A stretch of DNA of 61,717 bases, taken from contig MNCI01000357.1 in assembly GCA_015680685.1 (NCBI GenBank), positions 94,450-156,166 of the forward strand. Reading direction: 5' to 3'. The notes below the pieces were generated by a model that saw nothing but the letters and a program-made list of their open reading frames with translations, searched no databases and was not told the DNA's origin. Both the position numbers and the translations under genes were made by a program. This DNA is from Gnetum montanum. Lineage: Eukaryota; Plantae; Gnetophyta. Below, piece after piece: positions 12,994 through 27,000 of the stretch (within the stretch, counting starts at the first letter, position 1; each line of letters starts with the position of its first letter).

Positions 12994-15900
12994 ATTATGT
13001 TGCCAGAAATGCAATGGAGTCTTAATGTTTTGCATTTTTCATTGCGAAAATGGGATCCCATTTCAAACATTGTCAGCCATGAACAATAACTATCACTTTC
13101 TGGGCAAAACGTTTCCTATCAAACTAAAATATTTTTAACACATTTCATTTCCTTTGATTTTATTTTTTAATTTGATGGTTTCAAAGATATGAAAGGATAC
13201 AATGCTTTATTCTCAACTACTACATCTTTCATGAATTAAATGCAGGTCTTTCATAAATTAAATGTAGGTCTATAGTGAATTGAATTTGCAAAAGGGAAAA
13301 CATGGAGGTAAAAAAATTTAGGGCCACTTCTATGGCAAGGACAGCAATGAGCAACACATTCAGGTGAAGTATTTGGGGCCTGCACTATGAACGCTGCTAT
13401 TGTTGCTGCTTGTGCACCACTCTCCATAGCCATGAATCATTCTTCAACTCTATGTGATAAGTCACTACCTCTGCAACAACTACTCCTCCTCCCTCTCCAA
13501 AATTGACCAAACTGTGGATTCAAAGATCATTTTTGTACATTATCTTTTCATTTACCTTTCTTTTACTAAGATTCTTTTCTTTGAGTTAGAGTTTCTTATT
13601 ATAGTAAAGTTCAATCACTGCAATTCATATTTCATATAATATCAAGTTCTCATCTCAAAGTCCATCTCTTCAAGAGAAAAGTTGATCATAAGAAGCTCAT
13701 CTTTGGCCTTTCTCTATTCCCATTTCAAGGGGGGCAGCAAATCCTTCTATTCATAGATCTAATATAGGATCTTGTTGTATGCTTGCTTATCTAGATGAAA
13801 AAGCAGCGATAGAGTCCTGCACTATTTTCAGCTCATCTTTGAGGATTTTATTTGATTGTTAACATGCAGAGGTGAATTTGTTTTTAGAATGAAAGATTTT
13901 TTTGAATTGGGCTTGGAATAATTCTTTTTGTTTTTATTTTTGAATGGAATTCTGCTATACATCATCTATCAAAGAGCATAATTGTAGTGGTTGTTTAATG
14001 TAAATATTCTCTCTCAGTTTTACATTAATTTTCAACCTATTGATTGTTTTACCTTGTAAGGGACTCATGAAATTTGTCAACAATTTCCCTTATTATAAGT
14101 AGAACCTTCTAAATTGCTAGTACTCACTTCATTGATCTATTTATTCTGTGCAACACATGTTGGTGCTACGACAAGTCAGAATTGCAAACTATTGTTTTTA
14201 TAGGTGTAATGTTTTAGTTTTTCATAAATATTTCATGATATATTTTTAAGTGAGAAAATTTATTTGCATTCATCTAAATATGATTAAGAGTTGTGACAAT
14301 TCAAGTGCTGTGTTTGAATCACAAATACAAGTATTATGAATTTATCTGTATATATGTTAAAATGTTAAATTGATCAAAGGGGTAGATCTATCTAGTAGTG
14401 TCTAAGCATCTGAGGAAATTGGAGTTTAACATGGTGTAATATTACCAAAAGAAATAATTGCATAGAGTTGATATTATTAGATAAAGTTAATTGCCATGTA
14501 TAATTTGAGTTTTAAAATCATTGAATAAAGTTTGCACATTGGCCATGTTTCAAGATCTTGATTATCTTTACTTTTCAACAAGGCATCATTTTTAATGGCT
14601 ATTATTCTATTAAAAAGAATGGGTTTAGTACTTTAATTTATTATTTTATTCATAATTGCACACCTCATCAGCTTCTCATATTCCTCTATTTCAAGAATTT
14701 AGGATCCCTCCCAGTGCTGGCTAGAATTTGGGTAGTGCCAATGTCTCTTCAGTGTAGTCCAAACCCTATTTTTAGTTCAATGGGTATTGAATATGCCTCA
14801 TTCTTGCCTAAGCAAAATGATCAGGTGCCATCTCAGGATGCAAATGTGGTTCAAACTTAGTCTAAGCACCTATTTGGTTGAGTGAATTTGTGGACTATTT
14901 GGTTGAGTGAATTTGTGTAGTAATGAATATCAATAATGAAATCTGAAAAGAATATGAATACAAAATGCAATGAAAATTGTTGGTTAATATTAATTGGAAG
15001 ATTCATTCATAGAAACATTGATAGAGTCAACTGAAATCAAACAATTTTAAGTGAAACTTGCACCATTAGCATTTGGCAACCAACATACCCTAAGGTACTA
15101 TTAGATTGACTAATGCAAGGAGTGTCTTATTGTATGGTTTTATAGTTTTTCTTGTGGTTTTTGTCATAGGTGATTTTCTTATAGTTCTAGAGTTTTGTTT
15201 TTCAATATTGTCATAGGTGATTTTCTCTCATTGTAACCCCTTCATGTTGTGTCTTTCCTAAGGAGAAACCTTGTTAGAACCAATTGAAACCAAATAAATT
15301 TGAGTGGAATTTGCACAACCAGACTTCACCAACCAACCAAACCAAGGTGTTTCCTTTTGATTAACTAATACCTGATTGTTATTATTGTGTGGTCTTATAA
15401 TTTATTTTTTCTTTTCATTACAGGTGGTTTTCTTGTAGTTTTGAGTTTTGTTTTTGCTTATTCTCATAAGTGATTTTCTCATGATTTTATAGCTTTGTTT
15501 TTACTTATTGTCATTAATGATTTTCTCTTGTTGTAACCCTTTTATATTATATCTTGCCTCAGGAGCTTTCTTTGAAATCATGCTACTAATACATTACTTT
15601 GGTAGAACTTAACATGAACATGATATGTTGTTTCAGGTGCAAAGGAAATGATGTCAAAACATCTAGCAAACTTACAACTCATAAATTACAAGGCTCATAT
15701 TCTAACCAGCCAACTAATGCCTCAAGGGCAATTACATGCTTTGATGAGCTAAGCAATAGGTGAGGGAAATAAAAGAAACCTAATTTTTTCAATCTTGCTC
15801 TATCCCTAATTGATTTATCAGATTGATTTATGTTAATTTCTAATTGATTTATTGCTATTTTTATTTCTTGTTTTTCTTATAAAATGTTACATCATGAAGT

Positions 15901-17533
15901 TGAAACACATAATTCACTAGAACCTAATGAACATTATGCATNNNNNNNNNNNNNNNNNNNNNNNNNNNNNNNNNNNNNNNNNNNNNNNNNNNNNNNNNNN
16001 NNNNNNNNNNNNNNNNNNNNNNNNNNNNNNNNNNNNNNNNNNNNNNNNNNNNNNNNNNNNNNNNNNNNNNNNNNNNNNNNNNNNNNNNNNNNNNNNNNNN
16101 NNNNNNNNNNNNNNNNNNNNNNNNNNNNNNNNNNNNNNNNNNNNNNNNNNNNNNNNNNNNNNNNNNNNNNNNNNNNNNNNNNNNNNNNNNNNNNNNNNNN
16201 NNNNNNNNNNNNNNNNNNNNNNNNNNNNNNNNNNNNNNNNNNNNNNNNNNNNNNNNNNNNNNNNNNNNNNNNNNNNNNNNNNNNNNNNNNNNNNNNNNNN
16301 NNNNNNNNNNNNNNNNNNNNNNNNNNNNNNNNNNNNNNNNNNNNNNNNNNNNNNNNNNNNNNNNNNNNNNNNNNNNNNNNNNNNNNNNNNNNNNNNNNNN
16401 NNNNNNNNNNNNNNNNNNNNNNNNNNNNNNNNNNNNNNNNNNNNNNNNNNNNNNNNNNNNNNNNNNNNNNNNNNNNNNNNNNNNNNNNNNNNNNNNNNNN
16501 NNNNNNNNNNNNNNNNNNNNNNNNNNNNNNNNNNNNNNNNNNNNNNNNNNNNNNNNNNNNNNNNNNNNNNNNNNNNNNNNNNNNNNNNNNNNNNNNNNNN
16601 NNNNNNNNNNNNNNNNNNNNNNNNNNNNNNNNNNNNNNNNNNNNNNNNCATATTTTTATCTTATTTTTAATCAAGTTTTTTTTCACTCTTATTAATTATG
16701 AAAGAAGATAATTAGAATCCTCATGCTTATGTAACAAAGATTTCATAGCAGAATCCTTTTATTAAGTTATTAATTAAATTCATTTTTGTATTATGAGTTT
16801 CTAGTGCATGTAAAAGAAATTGGAGTGAATATGCATTTATTCACTCAACAAAACACAACAAACTAGACACCGTAAAGGCTAAAGATTTAGTTTTTGTTCA
16901 TACAAATATTAGGTTATTATTTCAATCTTCTCAAGATTACAAAATGGGGCCTCAGCGAATGTGGGATTATGGAAGATCTATGGATGATGGAGATGATTAA
17001 CTTCCTATGGAAGTTCTTGATTTTAATTATTAAAATATGTTTGATGGTGATAAAAATAAAAAAACCTATATAAAAATAACAATAACAATTTCTTATAAAC
17101 AATATTAAGTATGTTAGAAGTTTAGTATGTTAATGTATTGAATTTAATATGTCATGTACTCGTTTAAAAATTTTTATTAATCAATGGCCAAAACTGTTCT
17201 TAATATGTATTTTTTGTTATTTTTTTAAAAAGTATTTATTTTTAAATAAATTCTTTTACAATTTCTGTTAAGTTTATTGATGGGTAATTGTACTTACATG
17301 CCAGTAAATAAAAATATTGTAAATTTTTATATATAAAAATCAATGTATTGTATTGCATTTTAAATTGTTGTTCTATGAACAAAGAAATATACACATAATT
17401 TTACTAAAATACAAACATTGTTAAAGTCAATAATTGGTTTCATGTTTAAAGCTCATTTCTTTTTAGCAACCTAAATTTTTGCGTTGACGTTGCCGTCACG
17501 TTGCACCGTCCGTTTCCAGTTTCAGGTAACTAT
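12994..17533 (+). mobile_element. hAT-derived (probably composite) insertion splitting GH3 exon 1
   Basis: Contains a hAT dimerisation-domain remnant. The right end has hAT-like CCGTCCGTTTCC...GTTTCAGGTAACTA and the left end TATGTTGCCAGAAA is a weak inverted match. No 8-bp TSD; contains an N gap. Confidence 0.7.
16796..16995 (+). pseudogene. hAT transposase C-terminal dimerisation domain remnant
   Basis: VSSACKRNWSEYAFIHSTKHNKLDTVKAKDLVFVHTNIRLL matches the SSxCERNWS..IHS..RN.L...AEDLVFVH.NLRLL pattern. Confidence 0.85.
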
Positions 17534-17706
17534 AAGCACCATGGCTTGAATGGAGAGAAAATTCATTATCGTAATTTTAAGAATACAGTCAAGCAGATCG
17601 TTCCTATCTCCAATTATCAAGATATTCATGAATATATTGAACGTATTGCAGATGGAGATGAGTCCCCACTTCTCTGTAACTATCCTGTTCTTCACTTCTC
17701 AAGCAG
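17534..17706 (+). pseudogene. GH3: GH3 exon 1, 3' part
   Basis: KHHGLNGEKIHYRNFKNTVKQIVPISNYQDIHEYIERIADGDESPLLCNYPVLHFSS; AG|GT donor at 17707, the usual GH3 intron-1 position. Confidence 0.9.
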
Positions 17707-17996
17707 GTCAGTGAGCGAGTGGTTTACTTCATTTCATTTGTAAATGTTGACTCTTTATTAAAGTTCTACGAATACTACTACCTTAATGGTAACGCTACTC
17801 TTTAATGAGTGTTTCATTCAACTCCAACCTTTTAAACTTAATTTTATAGCCAATTGGTTGTTTATGGGTTAATTGCATTGGAATCATGTTTATTCTCATA
17901 ATTCGGTCGCACATGATGTTCTCCAGGCCGATTTGCACATCTATTGGTTCACGAATTAAGTGCAGTGGACTAATGTTTGCTGAATGTGTTTATCAG

Positions 17997-18100
17997 CTCA
18001 GGAACAACGGCAGGAAAATCCAAGAAGTTTCCATGTACACCTCCATATGCCAAGAAATCACTCAAAGATCCGTGGATTACATTTGCAAAATGGCAAAGAG
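17997..18100 (+). pseudogene. GH3: GH3 exon 2 (P-loop)
   Basis: CAG acceptor; S-SGTTAGKSKKFP...ITFAKWQR; GT donor at 18101. Confidence 0.9.
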
Positions 18101-19317
18101 GTTGGTTTCTTTGTTTCTTTAATAATGTTTATTTTAAAAAAATGTTAGTATAAGATGGACGGTTACCATGATATGAATTGTTCAGCATTTAACTTTATAA
18201 TATATTTATTAAGATCATTATTTCAAGTGGCCATGGTTTGTCAAGTTGTAAGGCTTGGTTAACCACCTTAGAAAGGCCAACTTTTTGAAACTCATTTGCT
18301 TTACAAATACTCATATAGTGGGCCTCGTGATGACCTTAATATTTATTATTATGAATTGCTATATTTTAATTCTAATGGAGGAGGGAGAGAGGCAAAAACT
18401 TGATTTAGGAGAGGAAGGAGGGGAGTTGGAACTATTTTTTGAGTGGAGAGGGATGTTAAACCGATAAATAATAAATAATAAGATAACAGTGAAAAAGGAA
18501 AGACTTAATAATTTTGAATGTCTTTGCAAGTTTTCATCCTTACAATTAATCTTAAAATCCTCTCATCCTTTCATTTGAACTGAGAAAATGATCCAATTTT
18601 GATCTTCTTCAAAAAGGCTTCCTTCTTACAAGGTTTGAAATTTTATGTTTTATTTGAAAGGTTTAAAGAATTTTCTAGTATTTTATTGTTTTTTGTTTTG
18701 TTTACATGTTCTATAAAATGTTCACTTTTATCACTTTCCTTTCATAAATATAAGGAATAATTTGTGAAGAATATCATTTATATCTGAACATAAATTGTAG
18801 GATACATAGCTTTTAAGTAACTCCCAATAGAGACCGGGTCTACTGAATGTGTAGAATCAATACATGGCCTAACATATTCTTATTATACGGCCCCATATTA
18901 TGTAATTTATTAGAAACCATGATTTAAAATGTATAAGTTATATTTTATAATTAAAGTATTTGGCCTAGTTATTCTCTAGCTTGGGGACTTAAATTTTTTA
19001 TTTTACTCTTAGGGTATAATAATGAATAATTATACTAGGGGATGTTCCAATACAAGAAGTGAAAGACTTATAATTTAACCAAAAACACATCTAACAAAAA
19101 AGTAGTAGTTGACAAGTAATTATAAATCCAAATTTCAAACCTGCTTGTTAAGCAGCAAGAAAAAACAAAAAGCTGCTGGTTAAGCCGCAAGAAAAAACAA
19201 AAAGGCACTAACACAGAGACATGTCAAATCATTGAAATATGCTTAGCTTACACCTTAGAATTTGAAAGGTCCTGAAGTCGATGTCGGATTAACGTGATGC
19301 TGGGATTTTCCCTGTAG

Positions 19318-19495
19318 GTTAGTAGGGGCAGAGTTTTGTGAAAGAAATCTGAAAAAGGAAAATCCCAAAATCCTGTTGCCGGATGTGTCAGGGAAAGTAT
19401 TTAAAACGAAAGCCGGACATACTGTAACGTCTGCGGTAACAAATGACTACAGAAGTCAAGCTTTCCAGAAGAGTTACAGTGAAGATGTTTAGTGC
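19318..19495 (+). pseudogene. GH3: GH3 exon 3 (boundaries uncertain)
   Basis: KILLPDVSGKVFKTKAGHTVTSAVTNDYRSQAF matches JAR1-type K...F..SKQFKT.GG...TATTNVYR..F. TAG at 19490. The acceptor is at 19317 or 19322 and the donor is unresolved. Confidence 0.8.
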
Positions 19496-22400
19496 GGCAA
19501 AAGTTAGATTTGGCCTCATCAATTCCCTATTGTTTATGATGTGCAGGCGTGCTCATACATATGGTATATCGATATGATATACATGCAGGCCATACGAGGC
19601 ATCCCCATCCTTTATGGGAAATATTAACATTTATCAAATATTAAAATTCTACTTGAGAACTCCCGCTTTGGCTTTACCTGCGCTCACTGCCTGCGCCTCC
19701 GCTGCTTCCGCCCTACAGGTTTAGCTTCTGCTGCGTGTTCTTGCATTCTTGTATAGCACAGCAATCTTAGGAGCATCTGCATCGTCATCTCTGCTTCAGC
19801 TGCCTGTCAGCATCCTGTTATCTCTTCCTTAGGGTTAGTGTTATTGACATCGTGCCATTTTCAAATTGAATCCCATTATTGAATTATAAGTTGTTTGGGG
19901 CTTTTCTTTTTTTGTTGTTCTTGGAATTGTTTGCAGCGTCTGGGTATTTCGTTTTGTACATTTGGTAGTTTCTCATAGCAATTGCAAAAATGGGGATTGA
20001 ATGTTTTGTTGTTTACTTTTGTTTAGTTTCATGTCGGGTGTGAGTCAAATGGCGAATCGCAGTTCATGTCCTTTCCGAACAGTGCGAGAGTATGCAACGC
20101 CCAGTGAGGGTTAATTAAACTGTGATGTCCTGCAACATGCAGGACATCGCAGTTCACATTGTTCACAGAATTTGATAGTGCGAGAGGCTGCAACTTGCAT
20201 GTTCACAGAATTTGATAATGCTAGTGGATTCAACTGGCTTGTTCACACACAGAAAGCAAATTGTCAATGTGCGATTGGCTGCGAGTGGCAGCAATTCACA
20301 ATGTGTGTTGCATGACAGTGCAGTTTTGGTCTGTAATTCATGATGCGAACCACTGCCATTAGCAGGATTCCAAAAAAACTATGTTGCAAGTACATGCGAG
20401 TTGCAACTTCTCGTGGCTGTTAACTTATGAAATTGGATTACTGAATATTATCAATTCTAACATCATTCTTCATTTATGTTTTTTTTGATTGTAAGATTAT
20501 TATAGAAGGCTATTATTATATTTAAATTGTCTGGCATTGCGGTTATTGCTGAAGTTCTATAAAAACATGGAGCTTGGGGATTAGCAAAAGGGATCTTCCG
20601 TATAAGTACTTATTGTGCTTTATATGAAATGGCTTCAGAATTGGTATTATATATGTCTTAATTTAAGTATTTTGCTTTGTACAGTAATGTTGTATTTATT
20701 TGCATGAATTGCAGCTATTGGCATTGTTTGTGAACATAATCTACAAACAATTCTAAACTTGCTAGAAAAGTCTATTTTTTTCCAAAAATTGAAGAAAATT
20801 AGAATTTATAAGTGGATGACAATGGATAGAAGTTATGACAAAAATATTATTTACAGCTTTTATAAGTGGTTTATTGATAGTGTGTTTGCTGCAAAAAGTA
20901 CTCTATAGGCTACTATGCAAGCACAAAATTTCACCTTCAATGTTCATAACATTGTAGATGTTATACAAGTTCCATGTGGTAAAAGAGGCAGCTGTTAAGG
21001 ACTAAAGGTGGAAGAAAACTAAGATTCACCTAATCCAATATGCCCAAAAATTTTAGATGAAAGATGTTAATCTCTCTAATTATCCAGAGCTATTGTTGCT
21101 TTCCAAATTTATGCAATGGTTTTCATTTTCAGTGAAAACAACAAAATCAAAAATTTCCAATAATGTAACTTTATTGATGTGGACATTAGAAAACAATAAA
21201 AGTGTTCCATTTGATATCCCAATGACTATACCCTCTAAGATGAAGAGGTGGGCAAGGTTATGGTAGCTACATGATATGAAAGAGTCCCTTCACTTTTCAA
21301 TTATAATGACAAAATTATCGCTAAAAAAATGTTCATTGTATGGCTACCAAACTTAATGGAATAGTCCTCATAGATCCTACAAGAATAGTGAAGTGTACAT
21401 CAGTGTCCAACAAGGGTGAGACCTCCTATGTTCTAAAAGAGCCTGAAAGCCAAATTATCGATAGTTTTCAACATGAAAAATGATCTCACCAATCCATCGA
21501 GGATAAGTTGGAACATGTGGTGGAGACATTAAATAATTATTTTCAAAGTAATTCAACAGTTTAGAGTGATGTGGAGGAGCTAAAATCAAACACGTCATGT
21601 CTGATAGAAGAAAACATGCAATTGTAGGAAAAAATTGAGAAATATGTGGCTAAACAAAACACTTTTATCTAGAAGTCACTTGCTAAGAATGAAAAAATGG
21701 CAAAGCAAATATTCACACTAAATAAAGAAATTATCTTCTTAAAAAAAGTTGCAAAGGACATTTATGATAGCAATGACATCAATGCCAATGTGGTTAAAAC
21801 TATAAGAGGTTCATGCTGTGTCATAAAGCCTTGTAGTTTAAATTCATTATTCATATATTTTAAAAAATCTAATGGTTGTTGTACTGTGCATGTGTTGAAC
21901 AGAAATGATTGATATGCTAGCAATGAAACCTACCAAAAGATCATTTGATTCAATTTGAAGGAGACAACAAAGAAGCATCTGAACAAGAACATCTAAACAA
22001 ACGAACATGTATGTAGACTTGTTTGGATCACTTCTTTATGTTTGTTGACTTCCATATTATGAATGTTCAGTTATAGTTGATGTAGACTTCAGCAGCCCCA
22101 TTCATCAACCTTCTAGGACAGTTGAGATAGTGAAGCTTGCATACTTCATAACCTTGATTGGTCAATCATGTGCGACAATTGATAGAGTGATGTAGTTTCT
22201 TGTCAAAGGTAGTTTAGACACTAAGGTGCTTATTATGTCATTGTTTCCCCCATTCATTGCTATAGGATCATCTTTCAAGTTTGTATACCAACTTGGGTGG
22301 AAACAATGACTTGATGATGATGTTATTAATATGTACATCATGTACCTTAAGCAACTTCAAAAATATATTGTTGATTGTCAAGTGTTAATAAAATATTTTG

Positions 22401-23007
22401 TATTTAATACTATGTTTCAAGCTTATGCAAAGTCCCTTAAGAGTCAAATGAAATAAAGTGAAAAGAACCCATTGTCACATAAAGTAAAGAAACCCACCAA
22501 AAGTCATGTTATCAATGTTGAAAGTAATATAATTATTGAAGAAGAGGTTGATGTGTTTGTGGCAGACAATGACTTCATTGAAGAGGTTAAAAATAAAATT
22601 TACTAGGATGAATTTCTTGAAATGGGACATGCATTATTTTGCACCCTATTCAATATTGGAGGGCATTGGGTGCTTGTGATCGTAGACACATCCACTAAAA
22701 AGATGTGTGTGTACAATTCGTTACCTTCTTCCCAACATGTAGCTGCTCTTCAAAAGTTAATGTGAAGGTTTGTTGTATTTTTATTGAAAGGTGATTTTTT
22801 AATAGGTGAGTGCATAGCAAAGATAAAGAGAAAGTGAAAGAAGATACCTCCAAAATGGGGTACAGTGGGTGTACAAGGTATTCCTATGCAAGAAAATGGT
22901 TATGAATACAACATGTATACAATAATGTTCATGCACCATTTGATTTTTGAAAAAGAAATAAAATTCAACAGTGAGTTTGTTTCTATGTATTGAAATACCA
23001 TGACAAG

Positions 23008-23919
23008 TGATGAACTATCATTAAGTCATGCATCGGTTGGCCTGCATATACGGGGCCATGTATATGCGGCCATGTTAACGCGGGCCCGTCGACGTAGCTT
23101 CCCTACGTCGACGTGACCCCATTTATGCAGCTGCCTATCTCAGCCTATAAATAAGAGGGCCTTCCACCTCATTCCGACATCTTTTTGTTAGTTGTAGCGA
23201 AGCTTTTGCAGTTTGTTCCTACAAGAGATAGAATATTTTCCAAGTGCCCACAGTAGGTGTAAGAAACGTGATCGACTCTTTATTCGAGCATTGATGTATT
23301 GAGCCCATTGACATGATGACAATAAAGACAAACTATTCAAGCATTCCTTGCAGTATTTGGACTTAGTTATTTTATGCATTCAATAGTTTAAGATGTTTAT
23401 GCTTTGTCAATTACCTGTTAATTACTTAGGTTTCGATTATTGTTATTTTGATTGTTATTGCTCATTCGTAGTTCGTAAAGGCCATAAGTACGACCATCTC
23501 AAACGTAAATCAAACACTTGGTAAGCCTAGTGACGCTTACGTCAAGTAACCCAGAAGTGTTAAGAGATGCTCAGAACGTGCTCAGAAGATGGGATCAGAT
23601 ACTTATGCTAGGAATAGTTAGAGTATAAGCTAGGATAATCATAGATTAGATAATAGTTTATTCCTTACTTTTCATACCTTAAATTAGCCACTAAAAGATA
23701 TGCAAAAAGATATAAAAATCATTAGCCTTAGTCTCACTTAACCATCGTAAACAGAACCTCATAAGTGAGATTAGGAGGACAATGACTATTCTAACCCAAG
23801 GTTTCACTGGTTAGAGTCTGGTGTATGTTAAGTTCTTATAGTCTTCGGATTTCGACCAAGTTGCATGTGAATGCCTGTGATTCATATGGTTGGACATAGG
23901 GGTACCTAGCCGCTCATCA
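23008..23919 (+). repeat. Athila 5' LTR
   Basis: TG...CA ends, TATAAATA at ~23146, direct repeat of 35329-36228. Confidence 0.95.
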
Positions 23920-23920
23920 T

Positions 23921-23937
23921 TGGTGTCATTGCCGGGG
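23921..23937 (+). promoter_or_regulatory. Primer binding site (Athila-type, tRNA-Asp)
   Basis: TGGTGTCATTGCCGGGG, a deaminated form of TGGCGCCGTTGCCGGGG, right after the LTR. Confidence 0.85.
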
Positions 23938-24065
23938 GTTGTTAAGTCTTACATGCGTCATCTAACCTTAGTGAAATTATCATTCAAGTCGTTGGAACGG
24001 ACCTAGGATAGAAATATTTACTTACGCTAGGCAGATTAAAGTTAGTAGTAAGGTACATCGATTAC

Positions 24066-27000
24066 ATGGACCATCTAACGTCCAATACGTCTTCTCACAG
24101 GAGGGAGATATCCACCCCACCAGTGCCACAGGAGTGTCGGGTGGTGTACAAGCATCCCGATGAGTACGTCCCTAATTTCACATTCATCCTACATCAGGAT
24201 GAGCATCTACAATGGTGGGACATGGAGGGTAATATTGTATACCCTCCCGATCGATCGAATCCTGCGATGCTATTTCATAATCTTGGCAGATTGGGCATCC
24301 AGGACCTTGGAGCAGAGTATGTCATGGAGGACCATGAATACCGGGACTATCGTCCCACTGACGCTCAACGAGCAAGACATCAGCAGCAAGCAGATAGATA
24401 TGAACAGCTGAAGGGGAAACAATTTAGTAACCCCTTATTCTTGCAAGGGCTATCGAACGATGGGGATCCCATCTTTCATGACACCCATTCAATCGAACTT
24501 CCCCTGGGACAGTAGGTCCTCCAATCCATGATTCAGTCCAAGCATCTAGGTCGCCAAGATCCCCAAGGGGATGGAGGGTCACATAGCAAGGATGACTAGG
24601 ATGATCGGGACCATCATCAGGGCAGAGGGAGAGATCCCTCTTCTTCTTCTCCATCCTCTCACTTTCCTTCTTCTTCATCTAGCTTAGGCTCTGATCATAA
24701 TTAAGGTAGGAGGAAGCAAAAGGACGGTGGAAAAAAGGTTCGGAAGGAGCAACATGAGGAAACACATGAACAATCACATGATGCTCCTAGGCATGAAAGG
24801 AGGGATAGCTGGAATCATCATAGACATCATGGTCCTTAGCATGACTATGATTTAGATGAGCCATTGTTGGCTACCCGGTGTATGCTCCAGATATCTGAGG
24901 TAGTTCAAATCCCTAGTAGGTACATGAAGGATAGTTGGATCAAGCGTGTTGATATGAAAAACATCCCCAGATTTGAAGGGGGATACAATTTTGATCCATA
25001 GACCCACTTGTAGGCATTCCATGATTCTTGCACCCTACAAAACATTGACAATGATTAGCAAAGGTTGAAGCTGTTCCCTCACACACTCATCAAAGAAGTT
25101 GAAAGTTGGTACTAGTCCTTAGAGCCGGAATCAATCATAAGATGGAGTACGATGCTTGAAATTTTCAATGACAAGTATCAAACGTACTCCAAAGTGGTGA
25201 ATCTGAGATGACAGATCCAAGGTTGGAAACAAGGGAATCATGAACCCTTGGATGCTACCATGAGAAAGTACTACTCATTATTGCATTGGTGCCCTAGCCA
25301 TGGTTACTCTTAGCAGGTACAACTTCACCACATCATTGATGGGCTCTATTTTGAAACAAGAAAGACCCTAGGCGTGTACGCCCAGGGTCAACTGTCGAAG
25401 CTAAGGACCCATCAATTGCAACGCCTCATTGAATAGGTGGCCAAGGAGGAAGGAGAACTCTGGAAAAAAGGAGAGTGTAGAAGAATTCAACTGGGACCCT
25501 TCCCTTAGAAAAAGGGAAGTCTATTTTTGTGATGAAGAGGATGAATCACCACTAGAAGAAGCGGTGAACCGAAAGACCTTGCCATTACAAAAATTTACAT
25601 CTGAAATATTGGCCAAGGTGGATAAGATGTGGGACTCTTTGGAAGAAAGGGTCCAAAGTGTGTTGAAAATCGCAGAGGAGTCCAAAGAACAAAGTAATGA
25701 CTGCAATCAGCATAGGAAGAAGGAAGCTGAACATGCCCAATATAAGGGAAAGGGCAAGGTTGATGTAGCAGAGTAGGTTATAGACTCTAACACCGAGGAG
25801 GAAGATGAATGTGACATATGCCAATATGAACATCCTAAGGGATGTTGTCCTGTGGTGTCACATCTTCAGGAGTCTGGGGTGTACGCATTGAATCCTTGCT
25901 TGGCACAATGGCAAACACCCTAAAGGTTACCCTATCCACAAGGCAATTCTAGGCGGTTTTACCAGCAATAGCAAGGATACTATCCAAGTGGAGTGCTATT
26001 GCAACTGTATGAATACTTCCAACAGTGGCAGCACCCTCAAACATGGGGGATGCCACCTTCAAGGTAGCAGTACCCTTACAAACAGCCACATCCTTATGGG
26101 TACTATGTTCAGCAACCAGTCTCTCCAAGGGACTCTTCCAGTCATGCAGCCTTTCAAAGTCACTACCACCCCTCGGTGTATTTTCGTCCTCAATCTCCAT
26201 CACCTCGGGGGGACAACCCACATATCTTCTACCCTCCATCACCTTCTCCTACCACTCCTTCGCCACATCCCACTCAGTTGCCACATGATCCATCCATGCA
26301 GGGAGAGATCTCGCCACAATCGTAGCAACGAAATGCTACGAGGGCTGTTAACTTACAACCAGCACCCCAGCTGAATGGACTGGAACCCAAGCCATGGAAA
26401 CGTCCCTTTTTCTGGCTCAACCATTTGAACATACCCTCTCGTACACCTATGGCCAGTGCCTTGGAACCTACAAGTGCCTCCACTATTCCACTGCCAGAGT
26501 AGCCTCCAATCCAATAATAACAACACTTCAACATCCAGACGGTCATGCTCATGCATGCTGTGACCGACTAGATCAAGGTCGGTCACCTTCCCCAGAAATT
26601 GACTGATCTGGGAAGCCCCCTCATTTATCTTCAGGTGGCAAGGAATGAGCCATGCAAAGCTCTTCTAGACTTAGGGTTAGGGGTCAATTTGATCTCTCAT
26701 GATATGTACAAGAACTAGAACCTACCCTCGCTAAAGAAGAGCAACATCCGACTCAAGTTAGTAGACCAGTCCATCACCGTTTCCTTGGAATTGTTAGAGG
26801 ACATTGTGACCACCTTCTCTGGGTGGTCCTACCCTACTGATTTCCTAGTCATCTGTATAGAGAACTACAAGGGGAACTTCCCAATCATCATGGAAAGGGC
26901 CTGGCTAAGCACGGTGGATGCACAACTAGGCCTCTGCGATCTATCCCTTGAAATTTCAAAGGAAAATCCTTTTGGGAAGGTCAAGAAGAAATGTGTTCCA

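Noticed and set aside
19141-19204. 32-bp tandem duplication in GH3 intron 2
   Set aside because: Real but ordinary slippage, with no sign of function.
18090-19325. Frameshift at the GH3 exon 2/3 junction
   Set aside because: An alternative AG acceptor at 19321-19322 keeps the frame, so it is not counted as a lesion.
23188-23379. Duplicated MHKITKSK... ORFs (also 35442-35687)
   Set aside because: Antisense frames within the two LTR copies.
25949-26606. Cluster of overlapping ORFs on both strands
   Set aside because: By-products of the Pro/His/Gln-rich Gag C-terminal region.
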